A DNA stretch of 64,000 bases, taken from NCBI RefSeq assembly GCF_006345805.1, contig NC_043021.1, positions 7,192,001 to 7,256,000 of the forward strand. Reading direction: 5' to 3'. This DNA comes from Octopus sinensis. Lineage: Eukaryota. The notes beneath the pieces were generated by a model. The model searched no databases and was not told where the DNA came from. It saw only the letters and a program-made list of their open reading frames with translations. Of the stretch, positions 49,876-63,100 are shown one piece after another. How positions within the stretch are numbered: the stretch's first letter is position 1; each line of letters starts with the position of its first letter. The position numbers were made by a program, and so were the translations under genes.

Positions 49876-50256
49876 TTAGCAGTATCGCCCGGCGTTGCTC
49901 GGATTTGTAAGGGAAATAACTATATAAGCATTTTTAGAGATGTAAAGTATAATAGCCATCTCAATATGGCTAACCACAAAGGGGGGGGGGCTTACTGTAG
50001 CTTTTTACGTTCTGAGATTTAATAAATTTTTAGAGAGTTACTTCCCTTATATATGCCAAAAATGCATTAGAATGGGAAAAATTTATGGTAAATTCTTTTT
50101 TTAATCGTAGACGCGCGCTAATACCCAGAAGGGCTCGATATGAATCACGACTATAAGATACCCGGTTTTGGTTAAACTGCACCGCAAAATGTGGGAGTAG
50201 TTAGGAATCTAAATCGTAGGAGACACAGCACACAACCTCTCTTTTATATATAAAGA
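49876..50256 (-). mobile_element. Non-autonomous Helitron (381 bp)
   Basis: Minus strand: A|TCTTTATATATAAAA ... CCGAGCAACGCCGGG (hairpin-like) CGATACTG CTAA|T; 5' TC, 3' CTAR (canonical CTRR), A/T target, no TSD. Confidence 0.72.
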
Positions 50257-50933
50257 TTATATTTTTGCGACGCATTTTTAAACGTGCGCATCTGAAGGTG
50301 TTATGAGGAGATATGGGGCTATGGCATTCATGAACCTCTGAAGTTGACCTGCAATTATGTTATCAAAAGCAAATTTGATATCAACGGGATTTGAACTCAG
50401 AACATTAAGAAACGTAATTAAATACTGCAAAATATAGAGAAAAAAACCCCTTTGTTTATTTGTTACGGTAATGGCATTCAACAATTAGTAACGTTACTTC
50501 CCATTACACGTATATTGCACGTGGTTGCTCTCCCTGTTGGAAATAGCAGTCAAATTTCGGCGCAATTTTGGTTTAAGTACCCCATATAACACCCCTGATA
50601 ACTTAGGGCTAGGGTTAGGGGTGGGGGGAAAGGTATATTTTTTTCTTCAGAAATGTAAATAAACCCAAACTGTTTCTTAAACGAGGGACATATTCATACG
50701 GCACAGAATGTTTTCACCTCAATAGACGGTCATTGATTGGTTGAAATTGCCGAAATACAAGAAATTAAAGACCAAATATCTTACAAACTATAGAATTTTC
50801 TCAATAAAGCCAACAGAAAAAGACGTTTTATAAACACATTCTACCAGTATACGAAGTTTAAAATTTTTTAGTTACCTAAAAATTATGTTAAAAACTGCCG
50901 TTCAAACCGAAAAGATCCCTTTTTTAAAATATT

Positions 50934-51273
50934 TTTTGCGTTCTACACACGGGAATTCAAACGATTATGCAAAAATTTAAACCCCCACAAATCCTAAAAG
51001 TTCCTCTCTTTTTCGATATTTCTTAAAAGATCAATTTTTAAAGTAAGGACAGTCTGAATTTTTTGCTTAAACCCCAGCAATGGACCACTCTTCGGTGGAT
51101 CATCATTCCATTAAATGTGTTTATAGGGAGAAAAATATTGAAAATCAGCAACGTATGTCAGAGTGACAAAGAAAAAAAGGAAGATATCAGGTGGTCGTGA
51201 GATGTGCTAAAAATAACAGCTAAATCACATAAATTTTTTCATGATCGTATGAATTCCCGTATGAGAACACAAA
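50934..51273. mobile_element. MITE-like element with ~45-bp imperfect terminal inverted repeats
   Basis: TTTGCGTTCTACACACGGGAATTCAAACGATTATGCAAAAATTT versus the reverse complement of AAATTTTTTCATGATCGTATGAATTCCCGTATGAGAACACAAA. Confidence 0.6.
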
Positions 51274-52207
51274 TTCGTAAAAATTTTCCGATTATTCCAA
51301 AAAAATAATAATAAATCATTAGGGGTTATATGGGATACTTAAGCCAGATTTTCGCTCAAACTTTCTTCAGACTATACTTGATAATCTTAACAGAAAAAAG
51401 TAGGATACATTGTGCAATGTAGTCATAGTTATAGTTTCTGAATTAGACACACGGCCAGCAATTTTGAGGAGATAGGGAGAAGTCGATCCCTTAGACTGGT
51501 ATCTTATTTTATTGCTCACGGAGGGATAAAATACAATATTGACATCTGTGAGTTTTGAACTCAAAACTGCGACAAATGCTGCAAAGTATATATATATATA
51601 TATATATATTGCCGTTCTAACGATTATTGTCCGTTCATTGTCTTCAGGTGGTTCTAGCTACAGTAAAAGGCGGACTGATCACAACTGGAATGCCTTTGAC
51701 ATCAGGTGAGTCCTCTTTGTGTTAAAACGCATGGAACAACAACTAAATATTGACTCCTCATCGAGGCATGAGGATTGACATTTTAAGACAGATTAAGGTA
51801 ACAAGCTGGCAGAAACGTTAGAATACTGGGCGAAATGCTTAGCGGTATTTTTTCTGCCGTTTTGTCTGAGTTCAAATTCCGCCGAGATCGACTTTGCCTT
51901 TCGTCCTTTCGGAGTCGATAAACTAAGTACCAGTTACGCACTGGGGTCGATATAATCGACTTAATCGCTTTGTCTGTCCTTGTTTGTCTCCTCTATGTTT
52001 AGCCTCATGTGGGCAGTAAAGAAATAAGAAACGTTAGAACACCGGGCAAATCCCTAGCGGCATTTCGTCCGTCACTACCGCCTGAGTTCAAATTTCGCCT
52101 AGGTTAATTTTGCCTTCCATCCTTTCGGAGTCGTCGATAAAATAAGTATCAGTTGAGCACTGGAGTCCATCGACTTACCCCTTATGCCAAAATTTGAAAT
52201 CATTCTA

Positions 52208-54366
52208 AGGATTAAAAGTTAGACTCTTTCCTTTCTTCTTTCCTTTTCATATTTTTTTCTATTTTTCTATTTGCGACAATTTGTTACAATATCTTTCTTC
52301 TCAATTTGTCTTTCATATCTCTCTTTCCCACCTCTGTTTATCTGTCTCTATGTCACTCTCTCCCTCTGCGCCCCTCTCTCTCTCACTCTATCCCCATCTC
52401 TCTCTCTCCGCCTCGCTTTCTCCTCCCTCTCTCTCTCTCTCTGTAACGTACACTCGGTTATTTCACGGAGAACGTCAAACCGGAGTTATCCGGAAAAAGC
52501 CGAATTACTCCTTCTTCCAGTTTGGAGCAGACGATAACTTTCAAGAGAATTTATCGTCTGCTAAAATAGCTCACAGTCAAATCAACTTTGCATGATCCTC
52601 GTACACTTCATGAAAGAAAGATGTCTAAATTCAAGCATTGAAGGTGAAGTACCATATTCAGTCCATTCAAAGATATTCATTTCTTCTTTAATACTTATAA
52701 ATTTGTACTTAACGTGTTATCTATCCCGAAGCCAAAAACGGGGAAATATTTTAATGAGGAAAATAGTATTGTTCAGACTCCTTACCGTCTGGTCTCTATC
52801 TCTTTATTCTCTCTCTCTGTCTCTATCTAATGAATATATATTCGTGTGTGTATGTACACGTACACACACACGCACACACACACACACGCACACACACACA
52901 CACGCACACACACAAATGCACACACACGAAGACACATACACACACGTATGTACACACACACACACACACTCACAGAAATGCACACACACGCAGACACACA
53001 CACACACACACGTACGTACACACATACACACACACACACACACAAATGTACACACAATTACACACACACAAATGCACACACACATGCACATACATACATA
53101 CATAGCATTCAAGTCAAATTAGGAAATCTCTGCATAGTTGCATGACCTGCGAGAAATTACAGCTAAATTTTTCTCCCTGTCACTCGCTGGGTTCTTAAAA
53201 AATGAAGGGCCACATAAAGGACAAAATAGCATGTACACTCTCTACATTTATGACATTACACGTACATACACTTATACATACATACATACATACATTATGG
53301 CTGCCCCCCCCCCCCGTTATCGAGTATGGCCATTGCACGAAGCTTAACTGTTACTGGTGCTGTGATCGAATGTGACTTTTTAGCCCAGCTAAAGATCTAC
53401 AATGTCTTGTACAGAATTGGCAACTAAAACCTTTACCGGTAATAGCCGGCTGTAGTTGTAACTGGGCTTCATGTACCTTTGCATACATACAAACATACAT
53501 ACATACATACATACATACATACATACATACACACTCACACACACATGCCACGTTCAAGAAGTAGCACACACATAAACACACACACATTGAGGATTAAAAG
53601 TTAGACTCTTTCTTTCCTTTTCTCCTTTTCATATTCTTTTCTATTTTCCTATCTGCAAAACTTTGTTACAATATCTTTCTTCTCAATTTGTCTTTCATAT
53701 CTCTCTCCCCACCTCTGTCTGCCTCTCTGTCTCTTCCCCTCTCTCTCTGTCTCTCCCCCCTCTCTCTCTCTCCTCTCTCTCTCTCTCCCCCTCTCTCTCT
53801 CTCCTCCCCTCTCTCTCTCTATCCCCTCTCTCTCTCTCCGCCGCTCTCTCCCCCCTCTCTCTCTCTCTCCGCCGCTCTCTCCCCCCTCTCCGCCGCTCTC
53901 TCCCGCCTCTCTCTCCGCCGATCACTCCCTCTCTCTCTACATACATGCATGCATACATGCATACACTCACGCACACACACACTCACACACTCCCCCCTCT
54001 CTCTCTGTAACGTACACTCGGTTATTTCACGGAGAACGTCAAACCGGAGTTATCCGGAAAAAGCCGAATTACTCCTTCTTCCAGTTTGGAGCAGACGATA
54101 ACTTTCAAGAGAATTTATCGTCTGTTAGAATAGCTCACAGTCAAATCAACTTTGCATGACCCTCGTACACTTCATGAAGAAAGATGTCTAAATTCAAGCA
54201 TTGAAGGTGAAGTACCATATTCAGTTCATTCAAAGATATTCATTTCTTCTTTAATACTTATAAATTTGTACTTAACGTGTTTTCTATCCCGAAGCCAAAA
54301 GGGGGAAATATTTTAATGAGGAAAATGGTATTGTTCAGACTCCTTACCGTCTGGTCTCTATCTCTT

Positions 54367-54411
<45 letters not shown>

Positions 54412-55640
54412 ACTTTTATACATTGACACAACCAACAAACGACTAAATCTAAATCATGACAGATGATAACTAATGAATATATATTCGTGTGTGTATGTAC
54501 ACCCACACACACACGCACACACACACACATGTACGTATACACACACACAGACGTACGTATACACACGCAGACATACACACACACACAAATGCACACACAC
54601 GCAGACACATACACACACGTACGTACACACTCACACATTCTCTCACAAATGCACACATATGCAGACACACACACACGTACGTACACACACACACACACAC
54701 TCTCACAAATGCACACATATGCAGACACATACACACACGTACGTACACACACACACACACACACACACACTCAGACAAATGCACACATATGCAGACACAT
54801 ACACACACGTACGTACACACACACGTACGTACACACACACATACACACTCTCACAAATGCACACATATGTAGACACATACACACACGTACGCACACACAC
54901 ACACACACTCACACAAATGCACATATATGCAGACACATACACATACACGTACGTACACACACACACACACACTCAGACAAATTCACACACACGCAGACAC
55001 ACACACAAACACGCATGCACATACATAGCATTCAAGTCAAATTAGGAAATCTCTGCATGGTTGCATGACCTGCGAGAAATTACAGCTAAATTCTCCTCCC
55101 TGTCACTCGCTACACTCTTAAAAAATGAAGGGCCAAATAAAGGACAAAATAGCATCTACACTCTCTACATTTATGACATTACACGTACATACATACATAC
55201 ATGAATGCATACATACATACATACTTACATACACACACACACTCACACACACAGAGAGACTCACACACACACACACACTCCCCCTCTCTCTCTGTAACGT
55301 ACACTCAGTTATTTAACGGAGAACGTCAAACCGGAGTTATCCGGAAAAAGCCGAATTACTCCTTCTTCCAGTTTGGAGCAGACGATAACTTTCAAGAGAA
55401 TTTATCGTCTGTTAGAATAGCTCACAGTCAAATCAACTTTGCATGACCCTCGTACACTTCATGAAGAAAGATGTCTAAATTCAAGCATTGAAGGTGAAGT
55501 ACCATATTCAATTCATTCAAAGATATTCATTTCTTCTTTTAATACTTATGAATTTGTACTTAACTTGTTTTCTATCCCGAAACCAAAAAGAAGAAATATT
55601 TTAATGAGGAAATTGGTATTGTTCTGATTCCTTACCGTTT
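52208..55640 (+). repeat. Tandem ~1.4-kb modular repeat (two full copies plus a partial third): unique blocks separated by (CT)n and (CA)n VNTRs
   Basis: Units start at 52208 and 53590; the block TGTAACGTACACTC.GTTATTT... recurs at 52442, 54006 and 55293; the block CATAGCATTCAAGTCAAATTAGG... recurs at about 53101 and 55024. Confidence 0.9.
53293..53482 (-). mobile_element. RTE-type LINE extreme 3' fragment encoding a C-terminal C2H2-like finger (FSCQFCTRHCRSLAGLKSHIRSQH*)
   Basis: Single finger immediately followed by a stop and a short tail (GGCCATACTCGATAACG...GCAGCCATAATG), flanked by (CATA)n; no ZNF linker or array. Confidence 0.55.
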
Positions 55641-55959
55641 GTATGTACGTACATAAATGCATACATACATAAATGCATGCATACACGCACACACACACAC
55701 ACACACACCACGTACAAGTGTACGTAAACGTTTGCAACGATGATGTATAAAAACCATACACATATACGCACACAAAACGAGTGTATATATGTACGTGCGA
55801 CTCAAGTGTAATCTAATACGCAAATAATATAATTATATTTAATATAGTAAAAATAACAGTAAAAATAACAGGTCCAAAATGAGGCCATACCCTATATTAC
55901 TGTTTTATATTACGCGATATATTTATGCAGGCTGTGTATCCTACCATATATCAATTAAG

Positions 55960-56112
55960 AGTGGCTGTGTGGTAAGTAGCTTGTTTACCAACCACATGGT
56001 TCCGGGTTCAGTCCCACTGCGTGGTACCTTGGGCAAGTGTCTTCTACTATAGCCTCAGGCCGACCAAAGCCTTGTGAGTGGATTTGGTAGATGGAAACTG
56101 AAAGAAGCCCGT

Positions 56113-56151
<39 letters not shown>

Positions 56152-56360
56152 TTGTGTGTCTGTGCTTGTCCCCCTAGCATTGCTTGACAACCGATGCTGG
56201 TGTGTTTATGTCCCCGTAAGTTAGCGGTTCGGCAAAAGAGACCGATAGAATAAGTACTGGACTTACAAAAGAATAAGTCCCGGGGTCGAGTTGCTCGATT
56301 AAAGGCGGTGCTCCAGCATGGCCGCAGTCAAATGACTGAAACAAGTAAAAGAGTAAAGAG
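55960..56360 (+). mobile_element. SINE family A, full-length copy (another, 3'-truncated, at 56868-57212)
   Basis: Colinear with 45182-45560. Confidence 0.85.
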
Positions 56361-57224
56361 TATTCCACCAAGTTTTGGGGATTCTATATTGGCAATCTGG
56401 TAATAGATAAATAAATAAATAGCGACGAAGGAGCTTTGGAAGAAAAAAAACAAACGACTTAGCGTTTAACCAAGTTAAACAATCGATTAGATCGTTGGAT
56501 TTTTAACCAACTGACTAATGATAAAAGAGTGGAAGTGAACTAGTACGTGTGTTATTAATACTGGCATAATGACTCTCCCTAAACACAGTAAAATTTGTTT
56601 CAACATACGAATTCGCAAACTAAATACGAAAACGAAGTAAAGGTGTAATATTTGGTAAGATAAGATTGGGTTGTAAGGGAAATAACTAGTAATTGTAATT
56701 GACTACTAAAATTAGCAGAGTTACTTCCCTTAAATAACTGTAATGTCCATGTGCAGGTATATGAGGATGCTTCTATAGGATCGCTCGACTTGCTAGAAAC
56801 ACGCAGAGAGATATCTCTTATATCACACCTTGTAACGGAAGAGTACTTTAGGTAAAGTAATGTAAGTGCAGGTGTGGCTGTGTGGTAAGATGCTTGCTTC
56901 CCAACTATATGGTTCCGGGTTCAGTCCCACTGCTTGGCATCTTGGGCAAGTGTCTTCTACTATAGCCTCGAGCCAACCAAAACCTTGTCAGTGGATTTTG
57001 TAGACGGAAACTGAACGGCTCGTTGTATGTGTGTGTGTGTATAGGCAAGTATATATGTTTGTGTGTATGTGTGTGTGTGTGTGTGTTTCTGTGTTTGTCC
57101 CCTCGCCACCGCTTGACAACAGGTGTTCACGTGTTTACATTCCCATAACTTAGCGGTTTGGCAAAAGTAATCCGATAAAATAAGTACCAGGCTTAACAAA
57201 AATAAGTACTGGGGTAGATTTATT

Positions 57225-57274
<50 letters not shown>

Positions 57275-58144
57275 GAGAGAGAGTGATAGACAGAGATGTG
57301 AGGTCAAGGTACAAGGTAAAGAAGAGAGACAGAATAGAGGAGAAAATGTGGATGTGTAGGCAAGTGCATTAGAGGGAGAATAGTTTAACAGATGATTAAA
57401 AATTGGGATTGAGGTGAACGTGGAGAATATCATTTCAGCGGAGGATGGGAGTGTAAAGGAAGGCAATAGAATTCAACAGAAGATTGATGGAAGAATGGAT
57501 GTGGGTGATGAACTGTTGGGGAAGGCTTGACAGACCCTCAATTCTGCTGATATGGACGGGTCATTTCAAGCACAGTATATCACCATTCATCTCACTACCC
57601 CATCATCTAGGAGAGGTTCAACATCTTGAAGTCAGTCTTCACCATTTCATTCTCCGTCTTTCTGGATCTCCATCCTCCACACGCTTCTATGTTTAGCACT
57701 CAGTACTCCTTTTTAGAGCTGTTCTCATCCATCTGTATCGCATAAACATACCAGCACACTCTTCTCTTCTGCACACCACATTTGACACCTATTAAGCCTA
57801 ATTTTTCTCTCAACACATTTGTACTTTGTTGATGTACACACACACTGATTTTGCACATTCATCAGTGCATACCAGTATCATTTCTTTCTAGTCCTCGCAT
57901 GTCAACTGCATTCACAGCTCAAGCTTCACAACCCAAGTTTCACAACCATGTAGTAAAGCTGTTCATACACAGACTGTATAATCTGCCTTTCACTCTAACA
58001 GAGAGATCTTTTGTTGCCAACAGAGGTAATAGTTTCTCTAAACTTTCCCCAGCCAATCCTTATTCTAACCACTATACTTTTATAGTACCCTCCTCCTCAG
58101 CAAGTTAGGTCATCTAGGTAACAGAAACTATCTACCACTTATAG

Positions 58145-58457
58145 CAGAGATCGGGGAACTTTTTTAACCAATTACCCCAAAATATATTTATTTATACAGA
58201 CGTTACTCCCTTGATTTGAAAGGAAGAACATCATAGATTCTTTCAATTTAAAAGGTCTATTGAATCTATTTGGCATGGTGTCTCCTAAACACATTCATTA
58301 CATTTGACAGATGCAGTGTTACCAGAAGAAAAATCTCTGTCATGACACGGAACACATTTTTATATAAGTCCTCATATTTTTATATGAGTCCTCATTACAC
58401 CCAAGAATTTCATTTTTACCCCACTTGAGATAATTTACCCCGGCTTGTCGAGCCCTG
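58145..58457. mobile_element. hAT-like MITE inserted in the - strand RTE
   Basis: CAG.G.TCG.. degenerate TIRs; near-perfect 8-bp TSD ACTTATAG (58137-58144) / ACGTATAG (58458-58465). Confidence 0.55.
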
Positions 58458-58827
58458 ACGTATAGAAAGCCTCCTGGACTTCAAGAACATCTATTTCCCG
58501 TGCCTACATATCTGACTATAAAGATAATGTCAGTGGTACTTCTCCCTGGCACAAAGTTAAACAACATTTCATCTAATCTGATTCTGTTCCTAATTAATTG
58601 GGCTATAGCTCTTTCTGTAACTTTCATGACCTTGTCCAGCAACTTGATGCCTCTGTAATTACTTCTATCTTAGGCATTTCCCTTACCCTTGTAGCAGTTG
58701 ACAATAATGCAGCTACACCAGTCACTGGGGACGACACCTTGATGAATGATCTGACTAACAACATGGGTGACTAGACCATATCCTACTCTGTCAGACATTT
58801 TAAGCATCTCACCAGTAACTCCCGATA

Positions 58828-59263
58828 GACCAGGGGCTTTCCCTGTCTTCATATCCTTAATAGCCTTATCTATTATACTGCTATCAACATGAATAGTTGA
58901 TCCTTCTGTTGGGTTCACATAAGGGAGATTCCCTCTTTGCCACTCATTCTCCTCATTTAATAGCCTTTCACAGACCAAGGGCTTTCCCTGTTTTCATATC
59001 CTTAATAGCCTTATCTATTATACTGCTATCAACATGAATAGTTGATCCCTCTGTTGGGTTCACATAAGGGAGATTCCCTCTCTGCCACTCATTCTCCTCA
59101 TTTAATAGCCTTTCACAGACCAGGGGCTTTCCCTGTCTTCATATCCTTAATAGCCTTATCTATTATACTGCTATCAACATGAATAGTTGATCCCTCTGTT
59201 GGGTTCACATAAGGGAGATTCCCTCTCTGCCACTCATTCTCCTAATTTAATAGCCTTTCACAG
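58828..59263. repeat. 145-bp tandem triplication inside the - strand RTE
   Basis: Unit starts at 58831, 58976 and 59121; copies nearly identical. Confidence 0.92.
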
Positions 59264-60186
59264 TGGCACTTCCAAACTTCTTTCTTTTCAGAGTCACTAA
59301 GTGCAAACATATTACCCATACATAAACAATTCTGTCTCACAACATCTTGGTTATCTCCCACACAACTGTCTCACAATCTGCAACACCTCATTTTCATGCT
59401 GTAAGACATTGGCAAACCTCTTCGTGCTGGTCTTCATGCTGTAAGACATTGGCAAACCTCATCCTTTCTGCTTCTGCTCTTGCTAGATGCACCTATCATC
59501 TAGCTTCCTCTTGGCTACCCAATACAAATCTTTACTGCTTCCATCTCTCCAGTCTTCCAAGCCTGTCTCTTCGTTTGTATGGCCCTATCTACTTAACTGC
59601 TTCACTAACAGGTCACTCTCCATCTAGTAGGACGTTGCCCTAGCCACAGATTTAGTCTGCAGCCTTCAGAAGGTTGTTTTGCAAGAACTTCCAGTCATCC
59701 TCTACATCATGCATCACAACCTTCTCTTTCTCATCGAATACTTTAATCAGAATATCTCTAAACTTCTGACTGTTTGATGGGTCTTTGAGCTTCCATAACT
59801 TCCTTTTCCAGACTGGTTTGCATCTCTGTCTCTGTGTCCATCCAGCTCTAAGTCTGAAGTCACTTTCCACTAACTTATGTTGAGTTGTACATTCCTCACT
59901 GGGAAAGGATTTGCATTTATAAATATCTATATATTCCTGTTTCTTGTTTGAATGCTCATCAGGGTGACAAGTAATTAGATGGCTGGCTCATTTCCTGAAG
60001 TTAGTTTTGCAAACCAGTAAATCATTTGTATCACTGAAGTCCAGGAGCATTGTTCCCTCCTCATTTCTAGTACCAAAGCCAAAATCTCCAGGCACACGAT
60101 AAAATCCATTGGTGTGTTGCCCAACATGACCGTAGAAGTTGCTAGTTACCCCATCTAGCACACACACACACACACACATATACATA

Positions 60187-63100
60187 CAGGGGGCTTCCAT
60201 GGCGTACATGGAGGCTACTCTTATGGTTCCCGCAATGAAGAGGGAACCAGGCTGCTGGAGTTCTGCGATGCAAATGATCTTATGGTTTGTAACACTAACT
60301 TCAGGAAACCTACCAGTCTCCTAGTCACCTACTGATCGGGCCGACATACTAGCCAAATTGACTACATCCTTGCCAGAAAAAGGGAAAGATGGCTACTTAT
60401 AAATGCCAAGACTGGTAGTTAGTGACTTTAGGATCAAGACTAAGTAGACGCCCAGAAGACGACCAGCATGGAGAAGAAGGGTCTGGAAGCTTAAAGATCC
60501 TGCGAATGAACAGAGATTTAGAGACATATTATTTGAAGCCTTTGACGAAATAGAAGGGGATATAGCTTCACATGGTGTAGAAGACAACTGGAGGTTTCTG
60601 CGGGACAACCTGCTGAGAGCCACTGATCAGATTTGTGAATGGTGCAAAGTCCCCTCTCGACCCAAAATAATGTGGTGGTGGAACAATGTTGTATTAGAGA
60701 AAAGAGACAGGCTTGAAAGGACTGGAAGAACGATGGTAGCAGGGAATCGTATCAGACTGCCAGAAGAGAAGCTAGGAGACAGGCTTATTTAGCCAGAGGG
60801 GAAGTAGATAAGAAAAAATTTGCCAATGTTCTGCGCCATGAGGACCAAAGACTTGAGGTATTTCGTGTTGCAAGACTGTGTGAGTGAGAATCGTGATGTT
60901 TTAGGAGAGAAATGTGTCCGCATGGATGATGGTTCTCTTGCACTAAATGGAGCTGCAAAGAGAGAGGTTTGGAGATGCCACTATGAAAGGTTGCTGAATA
61001 AAGAAAATGAATGGGAGAAAGAGAGTCTGCCGAATGTCAACCCAACAGAGGGACCAGCTATCCGAGTTGACAGTACCTTGGTAGATAAAGCAATTGAAAG
61101 TATGAAAACAGGGAAAGACCCCGGCCCACCAAGAATTACTGCAAAGATGCTCAAAATATCTGGCAGTGTCGGCTATAGCCTGGTCACTCGTATAGTTAAC
61201 CAAGTGATACACGGAGGAGTCATATCCTATGACTGATGTAGTCAACTGCTACAAAGGTAAAGGTGACGCTTTAGATACAAATAATTACAGAGGTATCAAG
61301 CTGTTGGATCAGGTAATGAAGATCACGGAGAGGGTCATAGCCCAACTAATTAGGGAGAGAGTCAGTTTGGATGAGAAGCAGTTTGGTTTCGTGCCAGGGA
61401 AAAGCACCACTGATGCTATATTTCTGTTTAGACAGCTGCAGGAGAAATACCTAGCCAAAGATAAGCCCCTGTACCTGGCTTTCATTGACATGGAGAAAAC
61501 CTTTGACTGGGTCCCCCGATCCCTTATCTGGTGGTCAATGAGGAAACTAGGGATAGATGAATGGTTAGTGAGAGCCTGCAAGCCATGCACAGGGATGCTG
61601 TCAGTAAGGTGAGGGTTGGCAACGAGTACAGTGAAGAATTCTGGGTAGAGGTAGGGGTCCATCAAGGTACAGTCCTCAGCCCCCTCCTATTTATCATACT
61701 CCTCCAGGCAATAACGGAGGAATTCAAGACAGGATGCCCCTGGGAGCTCCTCTATGCTGATGACCTTGCTCTAATTGCTGAATCCCTATCAGAACTAGAG
61801 GAGAAGTTTCAAGTATGGAAACAAGAATTAGAATTGAAGGGCCTTAGAGTCAACCTAGCTAAAACCAAAGTCCTAATAAGTAGGAGGGCAGGCAAACCAC
61901 AAATCCCTTCAGGTAGATGGCCCTGTTCGATCTGTCGAAAAGGCGTAGGTAGAAACTCTATAAGATGTACCCAGTACCCAGTGTAAGCTATGGACACATA
62001 AGAGGTGCAGCAATATCAAAGGAAGGCTAACTGGGAGGATAGTTTTTGTATGTGGCAGATGCTCGGGAGCTATAAAAAACACTGAAAATGTGCAGAGAAC
62101 AACTTCCGCCACATTCCAAGGAGAAAAACTAGAAGTAGTTGATAGCTTCCGTTACCTAGGTGACCAAGTCAGTAGCAGGGGAGGGTGTGCTGAAAGTGTA
62201 GCTGCTAGAATAAGAATAGCCTGGGCTAAGTTCAGAGAGCTCTTACCTTTGCTGGTGACAAAGAGCCCCTTGCTCAGAGTAAAAGCTAGACTGTACGATG
62301 CATGTGTACGAACAGCCATGCTACATGGCAGTGAAACATAGGCCGTGACTGCTGAGGACATGTGTAAGCTCGCAAGGAATGAAGCCAGCATGCTCCGATG
62401 GATGTGTAATGTCAGTGTGCATACTCGACAGAGTGTTAGTGCCCTGAGAGAAAGGTTGGACCTAAGAAGCATCAGACGTAGTGTGCAAGAGAGATGACTG
62501 TGCTGGTACGGTCATGTGGCGAGAATGGATGTGGATAGCTGTGTGAAATAGTGCCACAACCTAGCAGTTGAGGGAACCTGTGGAAGAGGTAGACCCAGGA
62601 AGACCTGGGATGAGGTGGTGAAGCATGACCTTCAAACATTGGGCCTCATCGAGGCAATGACTAGTGACCAGGACCTCTGGAAATATACTGTGCTTGAGAA
62701 GACTCGGCAAGCGCAAGTGAGACCATAACCTTGTGGCCTATGCCAGGGGTGTAACCAGTTCACTTATGCATGCCTTTCCTTCATTGGACACTAAACTCTG
62801 CTTGCGAAGACCTGTTGAGTCAAGTGAAATCAAAATCGGTGACTGGCATCCGTTGCTAGTGGAGTGCTAAGAGTACCATACAAGTGAAATTGTTGCCAGA
62901 GCAACAAGCTGGCCTCCGTGCCGATGGCATGTTAAAAACACCATTCGAGTGTGATCGTTACTTGCGTCGCGTTACTAGCACTTGTGCTGGTGGCATGTGA
63001 AAAAACATTCAAGCGAGATCATTGCCAGTGCCGCTGGACTGGCTCCTGCGCAGGTGGCACATAAAAAGCACCATTTGAGTGTGACCGCAGCCAGTGCCGC

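Larger units (their letters stand above)
57480..60158 (-). mobile_element. Decayed RTE-clade LINE, - strand (endonuclease C-terminus to 3' end; RT core deleted)
   Basis: GHVGQH..GFGTRNEEG..LLDF.DTNDL.VCKTNFRK; KAIKDMKTGKAPGLSG; NCYKGKG; FVPGRSTTD; EVVDSFCYL; the YADD region is absent. Confidence 0.85.

Noticed and set aside
50603-50625. TTAGGGCTAGGGTTAGGGG telomere-like motif
   Set aside because: Only about 3 degenerate units inside a probable repeat fragment; not an interstitial telomere array
51335-51375. CTGAAGA...GAAA on the - strand
   Set aside because: No stem II or stem III pairing
52540-52548. TTCAAGAGA, the common synthetic shRNA loop, inside a hairpin
   Set aside because: The stem is only 12 bp and does not abut the 9-mer, there are no vector or Pol III terminator features, and it is present in all genomic repeat copies; coincidence
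53351-53482. C2H2 finger as a member of the cephalopod ZNF expansion
   Set aside because: Single finger with no linker or array, directly followed by a stop and a LINE-like tail; better explained as an RTE 3' fragment
52208-55640. Repeat-spacer-like layout suggesting a CRISPR array
   Set aside because: Eukaryotic context, blocks hundreds of bp long, spacers are microsatellites, no cas genes
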